From Sneathiellaceae bacterium (GTDB lineage: Bacteria; Pseudomonadota; Alphaproteobacteria; Ferrovibrionales; Ferrovibrionaceae): a stretch of 64,000 nt of DNA. Of the stretch, positions 12,813-21,008 are shown in pieces (position 1 is the stretch's first letter; each line of letters starts with the position of its first letter). The notes beneath the pieces are model-generated. The model ran no database searches. It saw only the letters and a list, made by a program, of their open reading frames with translations, and was not told the origin of the DNA. Location: positions 20,661 to 84,660 of the forward strand of contig JAVJON010000066.1 of assembly GCA_040216765.1 (NCBI GenBank), read 5' to 3'. Position numbers and translations under genes: made by a program.

Positions 12813-13793
12813 CTACAGCCCGAAGCGGCTCCATAACAGCCGGTCCTCGACGGCGCCCAGGATCTGGTCGGGCAATTGCGCAAGTCCGGGCAGTGCCGGC
12901 AGCCCGGGCGGGCCGTCCCGCCCCAGGCGCAGGCCCGCGCGACGCTGCAGCCAGGACGTCCTGGCGTTCACCAGGCGCAGCCGCACCGTCTTGCCGAACC
13001 GGGCGCGCATCACCGAGCGCAGATCGCCCAGCCCGTCGATCAGCCCCAGTTCCCGTGCCTCGGCGCCAAGCCAGAAGGCGCCGCTGAACAGGTCGTCGTC
13101 GCGGCCGGCCGGCAGCCTGTCGCCGCGGCGCTGCCTGACCCAGTCGGTGAAGCCGTCATGCAGGCGGGCCTGCAGGGCCAGCAGCCGGTCCACATCCTCC
13201 TGCCGTTCCGGCAGGAAGGGGTCGAGGAAGGATTTCTGCCGGCCCGCGGTATGGACCCGGCGCTCCAGCCCCAGCCGCTCCAGCAGGCCGACCGCGCCGA
13301 AGCCGGAAGCGATCACGCCGATCGAGCCCAGGATCGACGAACGGTCGGCATAGATCTCGTCGGCGGCGCAGGCGATCCAGTAGCCGCCGGAGGCCGCAAC
13401 ATCCTCCGCGAAGGCGAAGACCGGCACGTTCTTTTCCGCGGCGAGCTGGCGGATCCGGTCGGCGATGGCGGCCGATTGCATGGGTGAGCCGCCGGGAGAG
13501 TTGATCGCCAGTGCCACCGCCGCCAGGCCCTTGGGCCGGAACGCCGCCTCGATCGGCCCGGCCAGGCCGGCAAGATTGAGGCGCGACGGCCGCAGGCCGC
13601 CCGCGGGCGGGCCGATCACCCCGTACAGGCGCAGCACCGAGACCTGCGGCCGCCGGCGGAACCAGCGCCGCGGCGGCCAGAGCGCACGCCGCGCATGCCT
13701 GTCGGCGGGCAGCGGGTCGGCGGGGGACGCCGGGGTCGCGGGGGAAGCGGGGCGGGGCGGCAGGCCCGGCGAGGGCGATAGGGGATCTGACAT
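12813..13793 (-). CDS. sppA: S49-family signal peptide peptidase (SppA, 36K type)
   Basis: Conserved S49 core (LAINSPGGSP..., AEDVAASGGYWIACAADEIYA). Start set at the ATG at 13793 (MSDPLSP...). Confidence 0.85.
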   Translation of the reverse strand: MSDPLSPSPGLPPRPASPATPASPADPLPADRHARRALWPPRRWFRRRPQVSVLRLYGVIGPPAGGLRPSRLNLAGLAGPIEAAFRPKGLAAVALAINSPGGSPMQSAAIADRIRQLAAEKNVPVFAFAEDVAASGGYWIACAADEIYADRSSILGSIGVIASGFGAVGLLERLGLERRVHTAGRQKSFLDPFLPERQEDVDRLLALQARLHDGFTDWVRQRRGDRLPAGRDDDLFSGAFWLGAEARELGLIDGLGDLRSVMRARFGKTVRLRLVNARTSWLQRRAGLRLGRDGPPGLPALPGLAQLPDQILGAVEDRLLWSRFGL

Positions 13794-13837
13794 GGCGGGT
13801 AGATAGGCGGCGTGCGGCGCGGCAGCAAGCGACCGGC

Positions 13838-14599
13838 TCAAAAGGCCGCGTCCGGCACTGCTGCCGCCTGCCGCAGGATCGCCTCTGCCGCCGGCAGGTA
13901 GGCCCCCGCCGAATCGTGCAGCACCAGGCCGGGCCCCAGGCGGAAGGGTGCCCGGCCGTCCTTGCGCCAGCGCAGCAGCAATCGCTTCGCCGGCTGGCCG
14001 GCCGAGGGCCAGAGCGGCGCCACGGCGACGCCGCGTCCCGCCCCCGGGAAGGCGGCCAGCAGCTCCGGCAGCCGCTCCATGCGCTGGACCAGGGTGACCG
14101 TGCCGCCGGGGCGGACCAGATGGGCCATGGTGGCGATCCAGGCGGCCAGGTCGCCGGCGGCGCCCTCCGCCCGGGCCCGTTCGCGGGCTGCCTGCGCCGC
14201 CGGCTGGCGGCCGGCAGCGACGAAGAACGGCGGATTGGCCATCGCATGGTCGAACCGCGCATGGCCGAGCCGCCGGCGAAACGCCGGAACCAGCGCATCG
14301 CCGCAGATCACGCGGAAGTGTGCGGCCCGGCCGTTGGCGGCGGCGTTGAGCACCGCCGCCAGGGCGGCCCCGGCCTGGACCTCCACGCCGGTCAGCTGCA
14401 GGCCCGCCACCCGCGCAAGCAGGCAGAGGGATGCCGCCCCCGATCCGGTGCCGATCTCCACCACGCGCTCGCCTGCGCAGGCCGGCACGGCTGCCGCCAG
14501 CAGCACGGCATCGGAGCCGGCACGCTGGCCGCCCGCCGGCTGCCACAGGTGCAGCCGGCCACCCAGGAAGGCATCGCCGCCTGTCGGATCGGCGTCCAT
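13838..14599 (-). CDS. class I SAM-dependent methyltransferase (N6-adenine/tRNA1(Val) m6A37-like, NPPF motif)
   Basis: SAM-binding motif VVEIGTGSGAASL and catalytic MANPPFF. Start at the ATG at 14599 (MDADPTGG...). Confidence 0.75.
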   Translation of the reverse strand: MDADPTGGDAFLGGRLHLWQPAGGQRAGSDAVLLAAAVPACAGERVVEIGTGSGAASLCLLARVAGLQLTGVEVQAGAALAAVLNAAANGRAAHFRVICGDALVPAFRRRLGHARFDHAMANPPFFVAAGRQPAAQAARERARAEGAAGDLAAWIATMAHLVRPGGTVTLVQRMERLPELLAAFPGAGRGVAVAPLWPSAGQPAKRLLLRWRKDGRAPFRLGPGLVLHDSAGAYLPAAEAILRQAAAVPDAAF

Positions 14600-14630
14600 G
14601 CAGGCCCGCCCGAAGCGCCTGTCGCGCCGG

Positions 14631-14855
14631 TCAGGCGCGGCGCTCGGACATCTCGACACCGGCATCGGAAAGGGCGCCGCGGGCCGCCGCCTCGTCCTCG
14701 TCGACCACCATGATCCGCCGCGGCAGGGCGCCGATGGAGCCCTCCAGGACGCTGGTATGCTGGTCCAGCACGATCGCCTGCACCCCGGCATCCGCCAGCA
14801 GCGCCGAGACATAGGAGATCAGGACCGCATCGTTGGTGCGCAGCAATTCGATCAT
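14631..14855 (-). CDS. DUF2007-like small protein (putative signal-transducing fold)
   Basis: 74 aa, MIELLRTNDAVLISYVSALLADAGV...VVDEDEAAARGAL, a typical DUF2007 pattern. Start at the ATG at 14855. Confidence 0.7.
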   Translation of the reverse strand: MIELLRTNDAVLISYVSALLADAGVQAIVLDQHTSVLEGSIGALPRRIMVVDEDEAAARGALSDAGVEMSERRA

Positions 14856-15133
14856 CGGGCATCTCCTTTGCCGGTGCCCGCCCGGGCTGCGCCGTGCGGA
14901 TACCGGAGTTTGCGGTGCGGCACATGGCTTGACCGGCCAAGGCAGGAAACTATTCTCGCGGTCAGCATGAACCATAGCCCAGGCCGGAACCGCCCAGAAA
15001 CCGCCCCGCCGCCGCAACACGCCCGGAGACCTGCCGTCACGGCAGTCCGGGCCGCGGCCCGGGCGGGCGCCCCGCAGACCGGCGCAGCAGGCGGCGCCTT
15101 CCCCGCCCGGCCAGCCCCGAAAAGATCCGTCCC

Positions 15134-16177
15134 GTGAACCTTTTGACGAGTACCGAAGTCCGCGGCCGGCCGAGCGCCCAGGCGATCGACCAGGCCAAGC
15201 GCGCCAAGCTGGCGCCCCTGCTGGACCTGGTCGGCACCGACCTGGCCCGGGTCAACGACGAGATCCTGCGCCGCATGGACAGCGACGTGGCCCTGATCCC
15301 CGAGCTGGCAGGCCATCTCATCGCCTCCGGCGGCAAGCGAATCCGCCCTATGCTGACACTGGGGGCGGCGCGGCTCTGCGGCTATGGCGGCAGCCGGCAT
15401 GTCCTGCTGGCGGCCTGCGTGGAGTTCATCCACACCGCGACCCTGCTGCACGACGATGTGGTGGACGAAAGCGACATGCGCCGGGGCCAGGCCACCGCCA
15501 ACACGGTCTGGGGCAACCAGGCCTCGGTGCTGGTGGGCGATTTCCTGTTCAGCCGCTCCTTCCAGCTGATGGTGGAGACCCGCTCCATCGAGGTGCTGCG
15601 GATCCTGGCCAACGCCGCCTCGGTGATCGCCGAGGGCGAGGTGCTGCAGCTGACCACCCAGAACGATGTCGCGACCACCAAGGAGCGCTACCTGCAAGTC
15701 GTCGAGGCGAAGACCTCCGCCCTGTTCCGCGCCGCCTGCCGGGTCGGCGCGGTGATCGCCAACCGCCCGGCGGAGGAGGCCGACGCCCTGGACGCGTTCG
15801 GCCTGAACCTGGGAATCGCCTTCCAGCTGGTCGACGACGCGCTGGACTATGCGGCGGAACAGCAGGAACTGGGCAAGACGATCGGCGACGATTTCCGCGA
15901 GGGCAAGATGACCCTGCCCGTGGTGCTGGCGATGCAGCGCGGCTCCGACGAGGAACGCGCCTTCTGGACACGCACCATGGCGGAGCTGGAGCAGGACGAG
16001 GCCGACCTGGCCCATGCCATCGCCCTGCTGGAGCGCCATGGCGCGGTGGCCGATGCCATCGCGCTGGCGGGCCGCTACGGCGAGCGTGCGATCGCCGCCC
16101 TGGACATGTTCCCGGAAAGCGACGTGCGCCTGGCCATGCAGTCGGTCGTCGAATTCTGCATCGAGCGGCGGCACTGA
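15134..16177 (+). CDS. ispB: polyprenyl (octaprenyl-type) diphosphate synthase
   Basis: Both Asp-rich motifs present (LLHDDVVDESDMRRG and FQLVDDALDY). GTG start. Confidence 0.85.
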   Translation: MNLLTSTEVRGRPSAQAIDQAKRAKLAPLLDLVGTDLARVNDEILRRMDSDVALIPELAGHLIASGGKRIRPMLTLGAARLCGYGGSRHVLLAACVEFIHTATLLHDDVVDESDMRRGQATANTVWGNQASVLVGDFLFSRSFQLMVETRSIEVLRILANAASVIAEGEVLQLTTQNDVATTKERYLQVVEAKTSALFRAACRVGAVIANRPAEEADALDAFGLNLGIAFQLVDDALDYAAEQQELGKTIGDDFREGKMTLPVVLAMQRGSDEERAFWTRTMAELEQDEADLAHAIALLERHGAVADAIALAGRYGERAIAALDMFPESDVRLAMQSVVEFCIERRH

Positions 16178-16273
16178 GCGCCACCCTCATGGTGGCCGCG
16201 AGTCCCGCACGGGCCCGCGCCGTATGCCGGCCGCCCGGGGCTGCGAAACGCGGGTCCGGCCGGATCTTCTGAC

Positions 16274-17995
16274 ATGTCTGCCATCGCTCCCTATCTGCGG
16301 CGCACGCGCATCGCCTATTTCTCCATGGAGATCGGCATGCGCGCCGAGATCCCGACCTATTCCGGCGGGCTGGGCGTGCTGGCCGGCGATACGGCGCGGT
16401 CCTGCGCCGATCTCGACCTGCCCATGGTCTTCGTCACCCTGGCCAGCCGCGCCGGCTATTTCCGCCAGCGCATCGACGGGGAGGGCCGGCAGGTCGAGGA
16501 GCCGGACTGGTGGGATCCGGCGGCATGGTGCCGGCCGCTCGACGTCCGCATTGCCGTGCCCGTGGCGGACCGGCAGGTCTGGGTCCGGCCCTGGCTGTAC
16601 CGTCTCGCCGCCGATCCCGGCCGGGCGCCCGGCAACGGCCCGGCCGGTGCCGGGGTACCAGTGCTGCTGCTGGATACCGACCTTGACCTCAACGACGAGG
16701 CGGACCGGCAGATCACGCAGCAGCTCTATGGCGGCGACGCGGAATACCGCCTCAAGCAGGAGATCGTGCTCGGCCTGGGCGGCCTGCAGGTCCTGCATGC
16801 CCTGGGGTTCGATCTGCACACCTACCACCTGAACGAGGGGCATGCGGCGCTGTTGACCCTTGGCCTGCTGAACCGCTGGCGGATCGCGCCGGAGGACCGC
16901 ATCGGCGACTGCGCGCCCTACGATGTCGCGGAGGTGCGCCGGCGCTGCGTCTTCACCACGCATACGCCGGTGGAGGCCGGCCATGACCGCTTTTCGCATG
17001 CCCTGTTCGAGCGCCTGCTGCCCGGTCTGGTCGAGCCCGACGCGCTCCGCAGCCTTGCCGGCGCGGATTGCGTGAACATGACCCGCCGGGCACTGAACCT
17101 GTCGGGCTTCGTGAACGGGGTGGCGCGCCGCCACGCCCGTACCACCGAGGGCATGTTCCCCGGCTATCGGGTGCATGCGATCACCAACGGGGTGCATCTG
17201 GGCAGCTGGGCGCATGACGCTTTCGCCCGGCTGTACGAGGCGCATTTCCCGGACTGGCGGCACGAACCGGAACTGCTGGTCCGCGCCCTGCAGCTGCCGG
17301 AGGACGAGGTCTGGCGCTGCCACCAGGCGGCAAAGGCGGAGATGCTGGACCTGGTGGCGCAGCGCACCGGCGCCCGCCTGGACCCGGCGCTGCCGGTCCT
17401 GGCGTTCAGCCGCCGCATGACCGGCTACAAGCGGCCGGACCTGCTGTTCAGCGATATCGAGAGGCTGCGCGCCATCGCCGGCCGCCACCCCTTCCAGGTC
17501 GTCATGGCCGGCAAGGCGCATCCCCGCGACCAGGGCGGCAAGGAAGCGATCCGGCAGTTGCACGGCTGGATGCACGGCCTGGCCGACGCGATTCCCTGCG
17601 CCTTCGTCCCCGGCTACGACATGGCGGTCGGCAAGGCCCTTGTCGCCGGCGCCGACATCTGGCTGAACACCCCGGTGCCGCCGCTGGAGGCCTCGGGCAC
17701 CAGCGGCATGAAGGCGGCCCTGAACGGCGTCCTGAACCTGTCCACGGTCGACGGCTGGTGGGTCGAGGGCTGCATGGAGGGAATCACCGGCTGGGCGATC
17801 GGCGAGGATCGCGAGGGCGGCGACGGCCATGCCGGCGCACTCTACGACAAGCTGGAGCAGGCGGTCCTGCCGCTCTACGCGGGCGATCCCGGCCGCTGGC
17901 GCTGGATGATGAAACAGGCGATCGCCTATACCGCGTGCTACTTCAATTCCCATCGCATGGTGCGCCGCTACGCCACCGAAGCCTATCTGCGCTGA
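16274..17995 (+). CDS. glgP: alpha-glucan family phosphorylase (GT35)
   Basis: 573 aa with the short-form glucan phosphorylase pattern (YFSMEIG...GGLGVLAGD..., EASGTSGMKAALNG PLP-lysine region). Confidence 0.85.
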   Translation: MSAIAPYLRRTRIAYFSMEIGMRAEIPTYSGGLGVLAGDTARSCADLDLPMVFVTLASRAGYFRQRIDGEGRQVEEPDWWDPAAWCRPLDVRIAVPVADRQVWVRPWLYRLAADPGRAPGNGPAGAGVPVLLLDTDLDLNDEADRQITQQLYGGDAEYRLKQEIVLGLGGLQVLHALGFDLHTYHLNEGHAALLTLGLLNRWRIAPEDRIGDCAPYDVAEVRRRCVFTTHTPVEAGHDRFSHALFERLLPGLVEPDALRSLAGADCVNMTRRALNLSGFVNGVARRHARTTEGMFPGYRVHAITNGVHLGSWAHDAFARLYEAHFPDWRHEPELLVRALQLPEDEVWRCHQAAKAEMLDLVAQRTGARLDPALPVLAFSRRMTGYKRPDLLFSDIERLRAIAGRHPFQVVMAGKAHPRDQGGKEAIRQLHGWMHGLADAIPCAFVPGYDMAVGKALVAGADIWLNTPVPPLEASGTSGMKAALNGVLNLSTVDGWWVEGCMEGITGWAIGEDREGGDGHAGALYDKLEQAVLPLYAGDPGRWRWMMKQAIAYTACYFNSHRMVRRYATEAYLR

Positions 17996-18067
17996 CTTGG
18001 CCGGCGAAAGTCGAGGCAGCCGCCGGGGAGACCGCCGGGTCACCGAGTCGTGCATCCGGTGAAGGCC

Positions 18068-18256
18068 CTCGGCCGCCTCTGTCAGACGCCGGTCGTCGAG
18101 GATCCAGGTGATCTCGCGATCGACCTGCGGCGGCTGCGGTTCCTCGACGATGAGCGGCCCACACGGGCCGCGCCCAAGCTGCTCGAAACTGCGTTGATGC
18201 GGGTGGTACCAGGTTGCGGGGAACGAACGCCGCGTCGGCGTGACCGAACCGGACAT
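18068..18256 (-). pseudogene. truncated multicopper oxidase remnant (paralog of the 33520-34953 gene)
   Basis: MSGSVTPTRRSF (Tat signal) is joined in-frame to WYHPHQRSFEQLGRG..IVEEPQPPQVDREITWILDD.RLTEAAE. 44 of 48 residues are identical to the intact MCO. The codons between the signal and WYHPH are missing, as is everything after TEAAE. Confidence 0.7.
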
Positions 18257-18395
18257 GCGACAGTTTTTCGGAAAGCCGTGGTCCGCAGTCGCCCGGCGAT
18301 GCACTGGGCATGCCTCAAGGAGCAACCGCACAGGCTGTCGAAACCGACATTGGTTCGGCGCAGGCGGAACCCGACCATCCGGGCGGATAGTAGCG

Positions 18396-18739
18396 TCAGG
18401 TCAGAAAGGCAGGTCCCGGTTGATGAGGTTCGAGCGACGTCGGGGCTCCTGCGAGCCATTTGGATCGGGCAGTAGAATGCCGCATCGGTCCTTGGGCGAC
18501 GGCCTGAGCCGCGTCGGCGATCACGCCCTGAACCGGAACAGTACAGTCGATGGTGCAACTCGGCGTTTGGCTGTCATCGTCCGCGGTCAGGCAGGAAACG
18601 CAGCCGGGCTTCGACATGGCGTCGACCGTAACGAAGCTAGCCGCTCGATGGCCCCTGCCATGTTTGTGGCATAGGCAGAGGCGGTCACCGAGACAAGGGT
18701 GACAACGATGCCAGCAAGAATGCCTGTCCCGCGTTTCAT
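18396..18739 (-). pseudogene. frameshifted copy of the small Cys-motif leader protein (paralog of 35094-35432)
   Basis: MKRGTGILAGIVVTLVSVTASAYA... is in one frame and ...SCTIDCTVPVQGVIADAA...WLAGAPTSLEPHQPGPAFLT in another. Together they align colinearly with the 112-aa protein at 35094-35432. Confidence 0.55.
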
Positions 18740-18916
18740 CGTGATTGGAGCCCAGCCTTGCGCCGCGATTGCGTCGAATGCCATTCGGCCAAACTGCTCC
18801 CGATTGTGAAGAAGGCGATCCTCGACCGCAGCCGGACCGTTGGCTGTCTGCTGCAAGAGACAGCCACAACAGCGACGCCCGTGCATCGGAAAAAATGAGG
18901 GCGAAGCGGCATGCAG

Positions 18917-19540
18917 TCAGGGAAGAGAAGAATCGGAGTTAAGAAGCTTAACCCCCTTCTCTCTCAAGGTTCCGTCAGGAGCAATGTAGCGGTACAGCGT
19001 CACGGTCGATATTCCAAGTTGTCGGCAAAATTCTGCGATATTTGCGTCGCGATCTCGCATGACGGCTTGGGCAATAATGAGGTGGCCTTTTGTCAGGACT
19101 GGCTTTCGTCCCTTCGACCGAAAGGATTCGGCCGGTCCGTATCGCATTAACTTCCACTCGCGCAACCGGTAGCGCTCGAACTCCGCAAGGGCTGCAATGA
19201 AGTTGAAGAACTGCGGGCCGCTTCCGGCCTGTGAGGTGTCGATTGACCCGCAATTTGCTTTGAGGACTCTGAGGTCCACTTGTCTGTCCGCCAGGCACTG
19301 GACGGTCCTGACGAGATGCGCCAGATCGCGGCCAAGCCGATCGAGACGCCAGACCACCAGCGTATCCCCCGCTTCGAGGGCATTCATGCAAGCCTCGAGT
19401 TGTGGGCGCGGGTCGCGTCGTGTCGTCGTCTGCTCTTCGAACAGGCGACTACCTGGCACCCCCGCAGCGGTCAAAGCATAGCGTTGCAGGTCGAGCAGTT
19501 CGCTGTCGTCGGACTTGGCCGTCCTGATATAACCGGTCAA
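18917..19540 (-). CDS. serine recombinase (resolvase/invertase family), divergent and possibly inactive
   Basis: Resolvase core GDTLVVWRLDRLGRDLAHLV, IDTS..G..FF.FIAALAEFER, and a C-terminal HTH (IAEFCRQLGISTVTLYRYI). The N-terminal motif is GYIRTAKSDD instead of GYARVST.DQ. A TTG at 19540 gives the canonical N-terminus; the track ORF extends to 19732. Confidence 0.7.
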   Translation of the reverse strand: MTGYIRTAKSDDSELLDLQRYALTAAGVPGSRLFEEQTTTRRDPRPQLEACMNALEAGDTLVVWRLDRLGRDLAHLVRTVQCLADRQVDLRVLKANCGSIDTSQAGSGPQFFNFIAALAEFERYRLREWKLMRYGPAESFRSKGRKPVLTKGHLIIAQAVMRDRDANIAEFCRQLGISTVTLYRYIAPDGTLREKGVKLLNSDSSLP

Positions 19541-19665
19541 CAGGCCAGTCCCCGCTTCCCCCTCCCAGGCAGAACCGTCACGTTCCTGGTGTTCCGGAAG
19601 CGATGTCGTCGCTGTATGCAATCGTTCGCTGAATTGCAGTCCACTACCGGGGCGGGGCTCGATCG

Positions 19666-20142
19666 TCACGGCTTTCCACCCCCGTGACCCTTGGCATGCC
19701 CAAGGGATTGTCGACGGCTTTTCAGGAACCATCGTTCCGCTGTGAACACGGCCAGGATGCCAGGGGCCGACAATCCGACGGGCATGCCAAACAACCGCTG
19801 CGCATAGGTCCCGAAGCTGCGCGCGACCAGGCTTTCGTTGATTACCATCGAGAATGCCATCAGCAATGCTCCCGCGCCGGCCGTTGTGCTACGGCCATAT
19901 GCCTTCTGGAGATACATGCCGATGCCGCCCGTCGAAGGGTGGGCATAGGACAGCTTCGCGCAGGAACAGGCGCTGAAGCCGCTGATCGCGGCCGCAAGAA
20001 CGAAGGCCGCCGGGAACCAGAGCCCGGCATAATCTGCGACCTGGCCAGTCGGAGCAAAGATCCCTGCGCCGATCATCACACCGGTGCCCAGGCCGATTGC
20101 ACCCGGAAACGAAAAGCTGCCCTTCTTGTAGTTTTCGGTCAT
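19666..20142 (-). pseudogene. 5' fragment of an APC-family amino-acid permease
   Basis: MTENYKKGSFSFPGAIGLGTGVMIGAGIFAPTG... matches only the first ~130 aa (about 3-4 TM helices) of a ~450-aa permease. It then runs into unrelated sequence next to the recombinase. Confidence 0.65.
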
Positions 20143-20270
20143 TCCCCTGCCCACTCGATCTTTGAGAGTGCTGCGCACCCGCCGCTGGTCGGACACCGGA
20201 CACCAGACACCGAATGCCGGCGCCAAGGCACCGGCATTCGGTTTTCCAGTCGCTATGGGCGCAGACGGCC

Positions 20271-21005
20271 TTAGAACAGCAGCCTGGTGCCGATAACCAG
20301 GAACAACTCGTCCACATCTGCGCCATCGGCCCGCCGGAAACTGGCGGTATCGCCAAACGCCCTCTCGTAGTGCACCCCGACATAGGGGCTGACGGCGCGG
20401 TCGATCAGGTCGTAGCTAAGACGCAGGCCAAGTTCCGCCGTGCTGAGACCGGCACCGACCTCGGCCTCGGTATCCTCCGAGAAGGCAAAGTCGATCTCCG
20501 CGGCGGGGGTGAGAATGATGCGGTTGGTAATCAGGAGCTCGTACTCGGCATCCAGGCGGGCCGAAACGTCCCCCTTCTCGCTGAGGAACAGGTCGGCATC
20601 GATCTCGAACCATTGCGGAGCCAACCCCTGGACACCCAGCACCCCGTAGAGCCGGTCATAGCCGCGTGGCATGTCGTAGCGGACACCTGCCTTGGCATCG
20701 AAAAATGTGGAGATCGGCGTTTGCAGCAGCAGCTGGTTCTCCAGCGTCTCAAAGGCACTGCTGTCCTTCTCGTACTCGCCCTTGCTCTGCAACCGCAGTT
20801 TCAAGTCGTCGGTCCCGGCAAGAGCGTCCCCATCCCAGGCATAGACGTCGGAGTTCCGTCCGATCCGATACTCCAGCTGCTCCACCGTGACGCCGTAGTA
20901 AAACAGCGGTTCCTTCTCCTGTGCGATGGCAGAATGACTCGTAGCGACCAAGCCAGTGCTGCCGAGGAGTCCGGCCGCAAGTGCCCTTAAATAGCGATTT
21001 TCCAT
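20271..21005 (-). CDS. copB: copper resistance protein B (outer-membrane CopB/PcoB)
   Basis: 244 aa with signal peptide and CopB-family beta-barrel sequence ending ...LFLVIGTRLLF. Starts 3 nt after the copA stop. Confidence 0.9.
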   Translation of the reverse strand: MENRYLRALAAGLLGSTGLVATSHSAIAQEKEPLFYYGVTVEQLEYRIGRNSDVYAWDGDALAGTDDLKLRLQSKGEYEKDSSAFETLENQLLLQTPISTFFDAKAGVRYDMPRGYDRLYGVLGVQGLAPQWFEIDADLFLSEKGDVSARLDAEYELLITNRIILTPAAEIDFAFSEDTEAEVGAGLSTAELGLRLSYDLIDRAVSPYVGVHYERAFGDTASFRRADGADVDELFLVIGTRLLF

Positions 21006-21008
21006 GCG

